NCBI GenBank assembly: GCA_019056805.1
Contig: DXJG01000002.1
Coordinates: 136,907 to 168,906, forward strand
DNA length: 32,000 nucleotides
Direction: 5' to 3'
Source: Candidatus Baldrarchaeota archaeon
Lineage (GTDB): Archaea; Asgardarchaeota; Baldrarchaeia; Baldrarchaeales; DXJG01
Position numbers and translations under genes: made by a program. Positions 1 through 9,769 of this stretch are shown here, piece after piece. The first letter of the stretch is position 1. Each line of letters starts with the position of its first letter. The notes beneath the pieces were generated by a model. The model was not told the origin of the DNA. It worked only from the letters and a program-made list of their open reading frames with translations, and did not search any database.

Positions 1-2661
1 ATTTCCATGTGGTTTTATCGGTAAAACTGCAACATTTGGCGGTAAATGACAGAATGGTAAAACTTCAGCACTTGTCAAAACGTAATAAAGAAACTCTCTC
101 TCAATGGGGTGTCTATCAATTTCATATTCGATCTTTCCTCTCATCTTTGCTCTTCTTGATGTTCTAACCATTGGAATCTTTTCATCAATAACATCAACAA
201 ACCAGCAAGTTTGCGGAACTATCGTTGCTCCCTGGTAAAAATCTCCATAGTAGTGACTTCTAGAACTAATTGCCTCAAGTTTTACAAGTGAGATGAAAGA
301 TCTCTTCTTAACTAGGTTTAAGTAAAGTTCGCTCTCCAAAACTTTTAATTGTTTTAGTGCTTCTGATAGGCTCATAACCTTGTGTCTATCTTCTGGAAGT
401 TTTCCTTCAATAATAATTGTTGGAACTGGATAAGATTTTCCAGTTTCCTTTTTTGCTATAACAGCGCATGCTGGAACATAGAATAGTGGGGTAACTTTGC
501 AGTCAATGAACTTCTCAATTTTATACTCAACTTTAACATCTTGCCTTCTAAATTTGTCGTGTTGATCGGAATACATTATTGATTTTGGCATTACAAACCC
601 TATTGATCCTCCATCCTTTAAATATAAATCTAAACATCTAATTAGGAATAGTGTAGCCATTTCCATGTGAGTCATTAAATGTTCCTCAACAACTAATCCA
701 TATTTTTCTTTTATCAGTTTTTTGACTTTCCTTTGGTAATCTGGGTCTGCTATAAATCTGTAGGCAAGCCAAGGAGGATTCCCTACGATAAAATCAAAAT
801 CTCTGTAGTACGTTGAGACTATGTAAGTTTTGAGTATAGGTATCCAGACTGTATCAATTTCTTTCCTCACGAATTCAAGTAATTTATCATAGACACTTTT
901 AATTAAGATTCTTTCTTCCCTTGTTAGCTTATAACTCTCTAGCCTTCTTTGGAGTTCTATATTATCAAATGGAGCTTTTGCTTCTAGAAATCGTTCGAAA
1001 TCGTTCAGTAAATCTAGAGCTTTATCAAGAAGTTTCGAGGGGATTTGGAATTTCGTTCCACCAGCTTCAATTTCAACGACTTTTACGGGTTTACCCGCTA
1101 CCCATACTGTATCTTCAAGCTCCCTAGCAGTAATAATTGAGTTTGCTAAATACACTGGAATTTCTATCATTTCCTCCCCTTTATGTTCTAATAGTCTTTC
1201 AGAGGCTAATGCAATTAGATAATTTGCTCTAGCTGTAAGAACGGCCAAAGAATCTATATCAAAACCTATAACATTTGAACAGATCGTTTTCAGTAAAGTT
1301 TTTGGGCCAATTTTGTCTTTATACTTTGCCATCTTTTTAATTACTAAAGCTAAAAATGTTCCGGTTCCAGCTCCGGGATCTAAAAATTTGGTATTAATCA
1401 AATCTGTATCTTTAGTTAGTTCATTTATTATGAGTTCTGCAAGCCAGTCTGGAGTTGTGTATATTCCTAGCTTTTGTCTTACTTCTTTTCTTGGAACTAA
1501 TTCTTCATATAAAAGTTTGAAAACGTCTCTAGCCATTGAAGGCTCTTGAATTAAAGACTCTATATCATATTCCAAAAGCTTTTCAGCAATTACTCTTACA
1601 ATTTCCTCTATTTCGTCATCCCATTCATCCAGATACCATGAGAAAAATTCCCCTTCTAAAAAGTTCTTTATTTTGTAAATAGAATAAAGGTATCCGGTTT
1701 CAAGCTCTTCAATTTTCTCTTTAAGTTCATTTTCAGCAATAGCTCTTTTAACTTCTTCAAAGAAAGTTGCTATAGTCGCATTATAAAATCTTGCAGCAAC
1801 TTCAACTGATAATAACTTTATAACTAGAGCGTAGTAAGTTTGAATTGCAAAAAATAACTTTAATCCATCAATCTTTTCCATCTCCATTTTTTCAAATCCA
1901 TAATCTTCGGCGATTTTCCTTAATTCTTCACCAGAAATTGAAAAAGCTTGAGATGTGAGCCTTAACCATTCATCAAACAGTTTTTGGGTCTTTTCACTCG
2001 GATTTTCAAGTTTTTTATACAATTTCTTTACAGCTAAATGTTTCTTTACAATTAGGCTTCTATAACCAAAGTCTGATGCCAAAAGTCTTGCATCTATCTT
2101 CTTCTTATAAGCTGCAATAACCCTACCTATTATTCTCCTTAATGTTTCTGGTTTTAGCTTGTAAAATCCTACCTCTGGTTCCAGTTTGAATTCGTTCAGT
2201 TCAGGGCAATATTCAACAAAAATTACGTTGTAGCCGTCCCAGATAATTCCAGTAATTATTGGGGTAAAACCTTTCTCCTTAATCGCTTCTATATGTCTTC
2301 TAATTCCCTCTTTATTGAGAAGGCCAGGGATATAGATTTCTTTTGTTTTCTTTATTGCTTCTTCTCTTACACTTGCCTTTTCTAATTCACTCGGCTTTTT
2401 GTACTCAAATATTACTAAGCCATATAACGCATCTATTCTCCCCCAATGTTTAGCAGAGACACCAAGCCATTCCTCACTTTCAACTCTATACTCGTATCTT
2501 GGCTCTGGAACCCCTAAAGCATCCCAAACTTCTTTTCTTAAAATTCGCTCTATTCTATTCTTCAAATCCTCTTCATTGCCTTTAATGTTTTTAACTTCTT
2601 CCACTTCTTGTATTATTTTATTGCAAATATCACCCAATTTAGCCTCAAACAAACGACACAC
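1..2661 (-). CDS. Fused restriction endonuclease / N6-adenine DNA methyltransferase (type IIG/Eco57I-like), 3' end outside window
   Basis: Manual translation of the minus strand is open in the segments read from GTG 2661 (or TTG 2652, preceded by GGAAGGTG) to position 1; absent from the ORF track because it has no stop in the window. N-terminal GRIDALYGLVIFEYKKP (PD-(D/E)xK-like), GIYTTPDWLA (motif X), FLDPGAGTGTFL (motif I), FIVGNPPW (motif IV, nt ~769-792): gamma-class order. Confidence 0.9.
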   Translation of the reverse strand, partial: MCRLFEAKLGDICNKIIQEVEEVKNIKGNEEDLKNRIERILRKEVWDALGVPEPRYEYRVESEEWLGVSAKHWGRIDALYGLVIFEYKKPSELEKASVREEAIKKTKEIYIPGLLNKEGIRRHIEAIKEKGFTPIITGIIWDGYNVIFVEYCPELNEFKLEPEVGFYKLKPETLRRIIGRVIAAYKKKIDARLLASDFGYRSLIVKKHLAVKKLYKKLENPSEKTQKLFDEWLRLTSQAFSISGEELRKIAEDYGFEKMEMEKIDGLKLFFAIQTYYALVIKLLSVEVAARFYNATIATFFEEVKRAIAENELKEKIEELETGYLYSIYKIKNFLEGEFFSWYLDEWDDEIEEIVRVIAEKLLEYDIESLIQEPSMARDVFKLLYEELVPRKEVRQKLGIYTTPDWLAELIINELTKDTDLINTKFLDPGAGTGTFLALVIKKMAKYKDKIGPKTLLKTICSNVIGFDIDSLAVLTARANYLIALASERLLEHKGEEMIEIPVYLANSIITARELEDTVWVAGKPVKVVEIEAGGTKFQIPSKLLDKALDLLNDFERFLEAKAPFDNIELQRRLESYKLTREERILIKSVYDKLLEFVRKEIDTVWIPILKTYIVSTYYRDFDFIVGNPPWLAYRFIADPDYQRKVKKLIKEKYGLVVEEHLMTHMEMATLFLIRCLDLYLKDGGSIGFVMPKSIMYSDQHDKFRRQDVKVEYKIEKFIDCKVTPLFYVPACAVIAKKETGKSYPVPTIIIEGKLPEDRHKVMSLSEALKQLKVLESELYLNLVKKRSFISLVKLEAISSRSHYYGDFYQGATIVPQTCWFVDVIDEKIPMVRTSRRAKMRGKIEYEIDRHPIEREFLYYVLTSAEVLPFCHLPPNVAVLPIKPHGN
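2573..2651. repeat. 79-bp direct repeat, copy 1 (5' end of the RM gene)
   Basis: tcattgcc...agcctcaaaca matches 3393-3471 at 78/79 nt (2605 t vs 3425 a); offset 820 bp. Confidence 0.95.
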
Positions 2662-2766
2662 CTTCCAATTTTAAATGTAATATTTAATTTACCAACTAAA
2701 TGTGAATTTTATTGAGTAATAAAAAGCTAATAGATTTTATCATCACAGTAATCAATCCTTATGTAG

Positions 2767-3207
2767 CTATTGTAACGTTAGTTGGGATATTATATATTCG
2801 TATTCTTGTTTTGTTAAGTATCTTCCAGAGACCGTTACCATAGTTTTCGGTTTTATAGGTTTCTCATATTTTTTATGATTTTTTAGTTTAATGACTAGCA
2901 TTTTCGGAAGTCCCCCCTCCGACCAACGTTCTTTAGTATATTTCTTAAATTCTTCGGGTGTAAGGAATAGGTCTACACGGTATTTTTTTAATACATTTGG
3001 TGGTTCAAGGAATTCGATGGATTCTATAACTGCTTCTCCAATTATTTGATTAATTCCATGTGAAGCGTAGAAGAGAATTTTATGATCTGGTTTTAATTGA
3101 TTCATTTTTGTGAATTTAACAAAAATTTTCTTCTTTTTATCAAAAATACGATTTGCTATACTCTCAGGCAAGGGAAATATAGCACCTAATATTTTTTCCT
3201 TTTTCAT
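2767..3207 (-). CDS. DUF365-like / ASCH-EVE (PUA-superfamily) domain protein
   Basis: 146 aa; GAIFPLP...RIF...KIFVKF...KILFYAS...IIGEAVIESIEF...LFLTPEEFKKY and a C-terminal P-V-T-V-x-G-x-Y pattern recalled from archaeal DUF365/PUA-like proteins. Confidence 0.7.
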   Translation of the reverse strand: MKKEKILGAIFPLPESIANRIFDKKKKIFVKFTKMNQLKPDHKILFYASHGINQIIGEAVIESIEFLEPPNVLKKYRVDLFLTPEEFKKYTKERWSEGGLPKMLVIKLKNHKKYEKPIKPKTMVTVSGRYLTKQEYEYIISQLTLQ

Positions 3208-3346
3208 TAATATGCACCTAGCCTAATTTACTTACCAAATGTTCTAGTTAATTTTGTTATTTTCACTATGTTTCAGAAGATCTAACTTCTATTTTAATCT
3301 TTGTTTAGAATCTATTGTTGTAATAAGAGAAAAATTATGAAATTTA

Positions 3347-3472
3347 CTACATTCTACGGCAAGAAACGGGATTAATTGGTAGCTTAGCGCGCTCATTGCC
3401 TTTAATGTTTTTAACTTCTTCCACATCTTGTATTATTTTATTGCAAATATCACCCAATTTAGCCTCAAACAT
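3347..3472 (-). pseudogene. 41-codon remnant duplicating the N-terminus of the RM gene
   Basis: AGGTGA RBS then ATG 3472: MFEAKLGDICNKIIQDVEEVKNIKGNE, matching the RM N-terminus (one E/D change), then unrelated RAKLPINPVSCRRM and TAG. Confidence 0.8.
3393..3471. repeat. 79-bp direct repeat, copy 2
   Basis: Matches 2573-2651 with one mismatch. Confidence 0.95.
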
Positions 3473-3776
3473 AGGTCACCTTTTACTTAATAATTAAAAT
3501 TTCAACTTAATAATTGATTTATCGTAACGCTTCCTTAACATCTCGCTGAAAATCAAAATGCATCTGAATTATTTGTTTTCTAGGTGTTTTATATGTTTTT
3601 ATCTGTTAGTTTCAAACATCTCTCTACACTATCTGAGTAATATCCAATGAAATAGTGTTACGTTAAACTGTAATCTCAATTCTATTAACAGTAATTTTTG
3701 TGTTATAAAAATTAAAGAATTCTCCAATCCTAAAATACTCAACACTTAATGTTTTATGTGCATGGGGGAGGTGACC

Positions 3777-6700
3777 TTGAAAAACAAACAAAAAATAAGA
3801 TTTAAGAGGTTTCGTAAAGATCTAAAGAAGTATTTCTTCGTTTTTTCCTTAATGTTCTCGCTACTCTACGTGGAATTCGTATTCTTTGTGAATTCAGCGT
3901 CCACAGGGCCCTTAGAGGGACTAGCAGTCTACTTGAATCCTGAGGGAAATGAGATTGAAAACGCTGTGGGAAGACTTGCAATAACAGACGAAGCACACCT
4001 ATTGGTAAAAGGTGAAGGGAAGTTTGAACTAAAAATATATGACTCAGAAGGAAGGCTTGTTCTGACAAGAAGAGGGAGATTTAATAATACAGGGTTTGCA
4101 GACATAAGCTTTCAACTTTCTCCAGAAAAGTTCAAAGTAAACAAGGAATACGTAGTTGTGCTTGAAGCTTTCAACGAACCTCTACCATTGATTCTAAAAT
4201 GTGGGAAAACAAAAATTAGGTTTAAGGTTAAGAGGGATATAACAAAACTTGGAATAGGATTCTACAAAAACCCCGTGACAAACGAGACAACGGTTTTCGC
4301 AAAGCTAATGGACGAGATAAACCCGATTGCAGGGCGAAAAATAAGGCTTGAGTATAAGCTTTACGCTTCGAATGAAAGCTTCAAATATTTAGGAGAAGCA
4401 ACAACAGATGAAAATGGGAAAGCTGAAATACCACTGAGAATAAACGATACTCAGCTAATTGTTGTTAAAGCCGAGTTTTGTGGAGACGAGTTTTACGAAC
4501 CCTCAGCAGTAAGCGAGATTTTCACAAACCAAATTGACGTAGATCTATACGCAAAATACGTAAGCGGGAAATTAAATTCAAACGCTTTAAACGAAGGAAA
4601 ACTAGGTACTGCGGTTTCCCGAAGTGAATCAAATTTAGAATCGAAATCAAGTACGAATGATAACGCTGGAAGAGTTGAACTTGGACTAATATCAAGCCTA
4701 AGCAAATTCTCCTCCAAATTTAATGTTAGTTTTGGATTTTCCGCGGCGAAAATCAAAGTCGCAATAAAATCCCGTGATGACTCAGTAAAACTTGAGAGCG
4801 AAGGCAAGGATCGAGGAAAGCTTGCTGAAGATGAAATGAACTTTAACTTCGATTTTGAACAAATGACGCTAATGGAATTCCTCAACAGAATTACCATGGA
4901 TGATAGCCCAGCATCTCTACTAGTTGATATTGCTGAAATTTTAAGTAATCCGTGCGATTTACCCTATGTTGTTCATAAGCTCCAAATAGTTTTAAGCAAG
5001 CTTTCTATTGCCTTAATTCCTATAGTTGATGGTGATGGGATTGTTTTGTATAGGGTTGAGGTTCACGAAGTCGTTAAAAAAGTTGCTAAGCAAGTTGAGG
5101 AAACTGTAACCGAGGTTCGCAGCAAGTGGGTTAAAAGGACAAAAACCGTTTATAAAAGGGTTGCTAAGCGGATTAGAGTTTGGATGAAGTTTGTAAAATG
5201 GGTTAAACAGCGTAAAGTTATAACTTATAGGTATTGGGATCCTTTGAAGTGGAGATGGGTAACCGTTTGTCAAGTTTACTATGTTTGGGTTCCAAAAGTG
5301 CAGTGGAAAGTTTTCTGGAAAACAATATACGAGACCGTAACTGAAACAGTAACCTACTGGGTAAGAGTTACTGAGACTGTTACGAAAAAAGTTGTAAAAA
5401 CAGTGTATGAAACAGTTAAGGAAACTGTCAGAGAAAACGTAAACGTATACAGGCTAAAGGTCTTCGAAGGAAAAGTCGTAGATCTGAAGGCGAATAAGGA
5501 ATACAATATAGCTGAGTGGCTTTTAAGTCTAGTAGGTGTAGATGTTAGGGCTTTGAAAGAGGCGATTGAGAACAAAAATAATCCCCTTGGAAGTTTTGTA
5601 GGGGCGTTTGGAGACCTTATAGGATCTCTAATAAACTTTGTAACAAACTTGGTGCAAATGTTTACAGATTCCTTAGAACGGTGTAGAAAGACGCTCATAG
5701 ACTTGATATTCAGTCAGGTATTCTATGATATGCTTGGACGTATGATAGTAATGGCAGAACTGGCGAGAAAGGAGGCAGAGGAAGGGAGTAGTGATAGTAG
5801 TGGAAGTGAGAAGGTTGTGTGGTTTGACGTTGATTTTGACGATTTCAATTTGCTGAGAGACTTAAGTGTAACGCGTTGGCCGGGAGGTGGGATTTGCGCG
5901 TTTTGTGGTCAGTGGCACTATTTACCAGAGGGTACTAAGGATATATCGAATAACGCGAAGCTATATTTGACTTGGAAGAAGCTTCGCGGAGAGAATCCAA
6001 TTGTCGAATATCTTATGGTTGAGAGACACTTATGCATCGTGAAGTATGAGGACGGCACGGAGAGACTTGCATGGGTAGACAAGGGAAGAATGAATATTGG
6101 AGATGATGGAATATTAAAGTATAAGATCGTAGAGGGCGTATATGCAGATATTTTGCCGCTAGGGATAAGGAGAACGTGTAAACTTATTTACAGTTTGAGT
6201 CCAAATAACCCAATGAAGATGACAGTTACACCGATGTATGAGGTTGTGGTTGCTGACTGGGCTAAGGATACAATAAATAGACTTGCTGAGGAAAGGAAGA
6301 GGATCGGTGATGGCGAACAGGTGTATCTACAGAGTTTCGATGAGATAATTAATAGTATAAGAGAGAGTTTGAAGTTCGGGGACGAGAATGCGGAAGTTAA
6401 GGAGATAGAGGTCGGCACCAAGGAAGGGAGGCAACTAATGTTCTTAGGGATACCAACGACAGAGGAGCAGATAAAGAACTTGTTAGGAGGTGAAAATGGT
6501 CTAAAAGAAATACATAATGCTAATGTTCGTATTTTAGCTGAACTACTTGATGGGAACATACCGGAGATGATTAGGGAGAAAGTGGAGAGTGGGGAGTTAA
6601 AGCCGCACTCGGGTGATATAAAGGATTTCTGCATAAGTGTGATAAATGACAAAATGGTGCCATTAAACGGTGAGATAAAGAATATTATAGTCAGGCAGCA

Positions 6701-8537
6701 CAAGGAAGTCTGTAAGATTATCGAGGCTAGGACTGGTGAAGGCGCTAAGCTTACAAACGCTCAATACATTTACGCAATCATAGGCGAGCACAAGTATAGA
6801 GACGTAATCTTGTTGGTTAACGCAGATCCGTTCAAATACGGAGCTGCGGACAAAAATATATTTTACTTGTGCGACGATACGCTGAAGTTTGGAGCTAGGG
6901 GATTCGAAAACCCAGATAAACTCAAAGAAGTAGCAACACTACGTGAATACATTGTGGATCGTCTCTCCGACAGCACCAGATACTACAGGGATGGCAATAA
7001 CTTTCAAGCTTCCCTAAACTTCTTTTACGCTAGGGTGGCGCAGTATGAACTTAAAACCATGCTCTGCGGACGGGATCTAAACAGGGAGGGAACAGAGTTC
7101 AAGATAGGCGATTACACCGAGCAAATATCCGTAGCTGAACTCGCAGAAATAAGGAAGGAACTGGCAAATATTGCAATGAGAGAGAAAACGGATGGAGTGT
7201 TAAGGTATTTTGAGAGGAATGAGAGAGTTAGGTGTATCTTCCTTCAGGTCTGTGGTTTCAAGGATCTAGATAGGGCGCTAAATAAGAAGATTGATAACAG
7301 TATGGAGATAAAGCCCTTATGCGAGGATTTAATCAGCAGAATAATCACGGATAATAAAGCTTTGAACGAGCAACTAGCTTGGCCAATAGGTCATGCACCA
7401 ATTGAAAAATTGGAGGTCTATCAGGAGGTAGTGGACAAGGGTATAACCGTGCGTCAGTTCTGGGATGCTATTGAAACGGCAGCTAGAAAAGAGGCGGGGG
7501 ACATGAAGGAGGCTGGAGGTGTAAAGAGGGAAGAGAAGGGAATAAGCGTGAAAAATGTGGGTAAGATGATTTTCAGATACGAGTTTTCGAGGTACTTGCT
7601 TCAAGAAATCTTCGGCGATAGAGTGAATCTAGTTGAAAAGTTGATAAGAAGGAACGAGAAAGGTGAGATTGAGGGACAAGATTTCGAGAGGCTGAAGGAG
7701 GAGGTAAAACAGGCACTTAGCGAAAAAATCAACGAAATACCAGAACCTCATCGGGAGAGTTTTGTGGAGGAGTTTACAAGGCTCTGTGTGAAGGTTGATT
7801 ATCATAGTAGGAGGCTTAGACTTGCTGGTGACATGGCTAAGGAGGCTTTCGGGTCTTTCAAGTATAAGGAAACGTGGGTGAAGGGATTTGTACAGTATTT
7901 TATTGCCATAGCACTTTTCTGGACTGGCATACTTGCAGCAATGACTATGATAATGGTTAAACCTGAGCCGTTTGCATGGCTTGTTTGTCATGACTGGGCT
8001 AGGATAGGCTTAGGTGTGGGTTTGACAGCGTTGTTTATCATAGGGTTAAACTTTGAGGGGGACTATATGAAAGCGTTGGTAAATCCTAAGAAGTATTTCG
8101 CTGAGGCTATGAAAAATCAAATTGTTGAGAGCGTCAAGGAGAGTGCAAAGAAGGGTTTGAGTTTGAAGGATGTTTTGAATTCTGATAAAAGCTTCGTAAT
8201 AACGATGATTGTGGGCGGGTTTGGAACAGTTATAAAAGAGCTTGGTGTACCGTTCTACACGAGCGATGAGTTATGTGATATGTTTTGTGAGTGGGTTAAG
8301 GGTTTTAACGAGGATGTTGGTAAGGTGCTACATAAGGTTTTAAGCTTCGAAATACCATTCATAAATCAAGCTCTATTCGACTTGATACTGGGGTTCTTGC
8401 TTGGTGGTCCGGTTGAGGTCATAGGCGATTCAATAGTTGGCGCAGTGATGAACATGCTGATGAACGTAATAAACAAGGCTGTAACAGAGTTACTAACGGT
8501 GATGGTTACACAGATCGCTGCTTCGACGGTGAACTAA
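3777..8537 (+). CDS. Very large (~1586 aa) secreted/membrane protein of unknown function
   Basis: ORF 3756-8537; likely start TTG 3777 after GGGGGAGGTGA. Basic n-region, hydrophobic h-region and VNSAS (signal peptide), beta-rich Ig-like N-terminal part, V/T/K/W-rich alternating segment, CAFCGQWH motif, several hydrophobic helices in the last ~200 aa. Confidence 0.85.
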   Translation: MKNKQKIRFKRFRKDLKKYFFVFSLMFSLLYVEFVFFVNSASTGPLEGLAVYLNPEGNEIENAVGRLAITDEAHLLVKGEGKFELKIYDSEGRLVLTRRGRFNNTGFADISFQLSPEKFKVNKEYVVVLEAFNEPLPLILKCGKTKIRFKVKRDITKLGIGFYKNPVTNETTVFAKLMDEINPIAGRKIRLEYKLYASNESFKYLGEATTDENGKAEIPLRINDTQLIVVKAEFCGDEFYEPSAVSEIFTNQIDVDLYAKYVSGKLNSNALNEGKLGTAVSRSESNLESKSSTNDNAGRVELGLISSLSKFSSKFNVSFGFSAAKIKVAIKSRDDSVKLESEGKDRGKLAEDEMNFNFDFEQMTLMEFLNRITMDDSPASLLVDIAEILSNPCDLPYVVHKLQIVLSKLSIALIPIVDGDGIVLYRVEVHEVVKKVAKQVEETVTEVRSKWVKRTKTVYKRVAKRIRVWMKFVKWVKQRKVITYRYWDPLKWRWVTVCQVYYVWVPKVQWKVFWKTIYETVTETVTYWVRVTETVTKKVVKTVYETVKETVRENVNVYRLKVFEGKVVDLKANKEYNIAEWLLSLVGVDVRALKEAIENKNNPLGSFVGAFGDLIGSLINFVTNLVQMFTDSLERCRKTLIDLIFSQVFYDMLGRMIVMAELARKEAEEGSSDSSGSEKVVWFDVDFDDFNLLRDLSVTRWPGGGICAFCGQWHYLPEGTKDISNNAKLYLTWKKLRGENPIVEYLMVERHLCIVKYEDGTERLAWVDKGRMNIGDDGILKYKIVEGVYADILPLGIRRTCKLIYSLSPNNPMKMTVTPMYEVVVADWAKDTINRLAEERKRIGDGEQVYLQSFDEIINSIRESLKFGDENAEVKEIEVGTKEGRQLMFLGIPTTEEQIKNLLGGENGLKEIHNANVRILAELLDGNIPEMIREKVESGELKPHSGDIKDFCISVINDKMVPLNGEIKNIIVRQHKEVCKIIEARTGEGAKLTNAQYIYAIIGEHKYRDVILLVNADPFKYGAADKNIFYLCDDTLKFGARGFENPDKLKEVATLREYIVDRLSDSTRYYRDGNNFQASLNFFYARVAQYELKTMLCGRDLNREGTEFKIGDYTEQISVAELAEIRKELANIAMREKTDGVLRYFERNERVRCIFLQVCGFKDLDRALNKKIDNSMEIKPLCEDLISRIITDNKALNEQLAWPIGHAPIEKLEVYQEVVDKGITVRQFWDAIETAARKEAGDMKEAGGVKREEKGISVKNVGKMIFRYEFSRYLLQEIFGDRVNLVEKLIRRNEKGEIEGQDFERLKEEVKQALSEKINEIPEPHRESFVEEFTRLCVKVDYHSRRLRLAGDMAKEAFGSFKYKETWVKGFVQYFIAIALFWTGILAAMTMIMVKPEPFAWLVCHDWARIGLGVGLTALFIIGLNFEGDYMKALVNPKKYFAEAMKNQIVESVKESAKKGLSLKDVLNSDKSFVITMIVGGFGTVIKELGVPFYTSDELCDMFCEWVKGFNEDVGKVLHKVLSFEIPFINQALFDLILGFLLGGPVEVIGDSIVGAVMNMLMNVINKAVTELLTVMVTQIAASTVN

Positions 8538-9638
8538 ATGGTTAGGAAAGGAAAATTTAAATTACTGTACATAGATTTAAAACCGGACGAAAAACTTAGT
8601 GGAAGGCTTCTGGAACTATTTCGTAGGGTTCCAGTTGAATGTTCAATAGCTAAAATAGAATATTTTTTTATTTATAATTTTGACGTCGAATCTGCTGTTG
8701 AGGGACTTACTGATCGGTGTAAGAGAGACGTGGGCAATCTATATCATATTACTGTTGAGGATGCTGAGTTTCCTGTTTTTTCTGGTGAAGTTAAACCGTT
8801 GGAGTTTCCTGAGGATGTTAAGGCTGATTTTATGGAGATTTGGGTAAATGGTAGCTTAGATGATAGGTGGAGGATTGTCTCAGATATTTTCAGGGATTGT
8901 AAGATGTTTAGGGTGAGAGAAGACCTTTATATTGTTGAAACGCTAATTAAATATGAGGGTTACAAGTACTACGTTGTTAAAGTGGGAGATTTCGCTAAGA
9001 AAAGTACTTATATCGACGATGACGGGCTAAGGGTTTCGGAGTACGAGAATGCCTGGAGGAAGAAGCCAGTTAGGACAAGAAAGGGTAAAAAGACGTGGGT
9101 TAGGGTTTTAGCAAAACACTCCCTCATAATGCCTGAGGCTGTAGTCATTGTTAATAAAATGACTAGAGACTTAATTTACGAGGTTAGTAATGGTAGATGT
9201 TTCATGTGTTCTTTTAGTGTTGAGGCGACTGAGGAAGCAATAAAACTACTATCGGAACTCAGAGATAACCCAGAAATATGGGGCATTAATCTGTGGAAGA
9301 GAGAAGAAGTTTATAGCGGGAAAATCGGCTTTGATGAGTTTCTTAAGTTTGATGAAAAGTGTTGGGCTGCAATCGCTTCAAACTACAAAGGTTACAACTC
9401 GTTGAAGGATCCCACAGGATGGAGAAGTCCTGAGAACCTTGAGGCTTTTAGGAGATCTGGTTGGGGATGGAAAGGCTGTATGGGCCTTGTTGTAGTTGAA
9501 AATGGCTATGATGTCAAAGTTCCTTACTCCGGCTTTCTTCGTCTCGAAAAATATTACAAGTGGAGAAATAGGTTTTTAGAATGGGGTAGGGAGATCTGTT
9601 TGCCAGAGAAGAGACTTCGGACATTCTATAATCTGTGA
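8538..9638 (+). CDS. Hypothetical 366-aa soluble protein, translationally coupled to the large upstream gene
   Basis: ATG directly abuts the upstream stop (TAA-ATG at 8535-8540); no signal peptide or recognisable motif. Confidence 0.8.
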   Translation: MVRKGKFKLLYIDLKPDEKLSGRLLELFRRVPVECSIAKIEYFFIYNFDVESAVEGLTDRCKRDVGNLYHITVEDAEFPVFSGEVKPLEFPEDVKADFMEIWVNGSLDDRWRIVSDIFRDCKMFRVREDLYIVETLIKYEGYKYYVVKVGDFAKKSTYIDDDGLRVSEYENAWRKKPVRTRKGKKTWVRVLAKHSLIMPEAVVIVNKMTRDLIYEVSNGRCFMCSFSVEATEEAIKLLSELRDNPEIWGINLWKREEVYSGKIGFDEFLKFDEKCWAAIASNYKGYNSLKDPTGWRSPENLEAFRRSGWGWKGCMGLVVVENGYDVKVPYSGFLRLEKYYKWRNRFLEWGREICLPEKRLRTFYNL

Positions 9639-9769
9639 AACCGGCTTTCGTTCCGAAGCATAAAAATGTAACTTCGGAGACTTTATATAATTTTAGAAGC
9701 GAAAGCTTAAATAACTCACTTAATAATGTGAGTAATGATAAGGTTTAGAAGTTGTACTGATTCATAAGT

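Noticed and set aside
921-8000. Short ORFs antisense to the RM gene and the giant gene (e.g. 921-1127, 1313-1549, 2399-2674, 4493-4897, 6188-6703)
   Set aside because: Shadow frames opposite longer motif-bearing genes, with typical antisense composition.
1-9640. Calling the left region an integrated mobile element
   Set aside because: No integrase, transposase, tRNA or att pair visible in the window; only accessory gene content and a by-eye composition shift.
9652-9678. TCCGAAG/CTTCGGA inverted repeat after the 366-aa gene
   Set aside because: Only 7 bp with a 13-nt loop; could be a terminator or element end but there is no further support.
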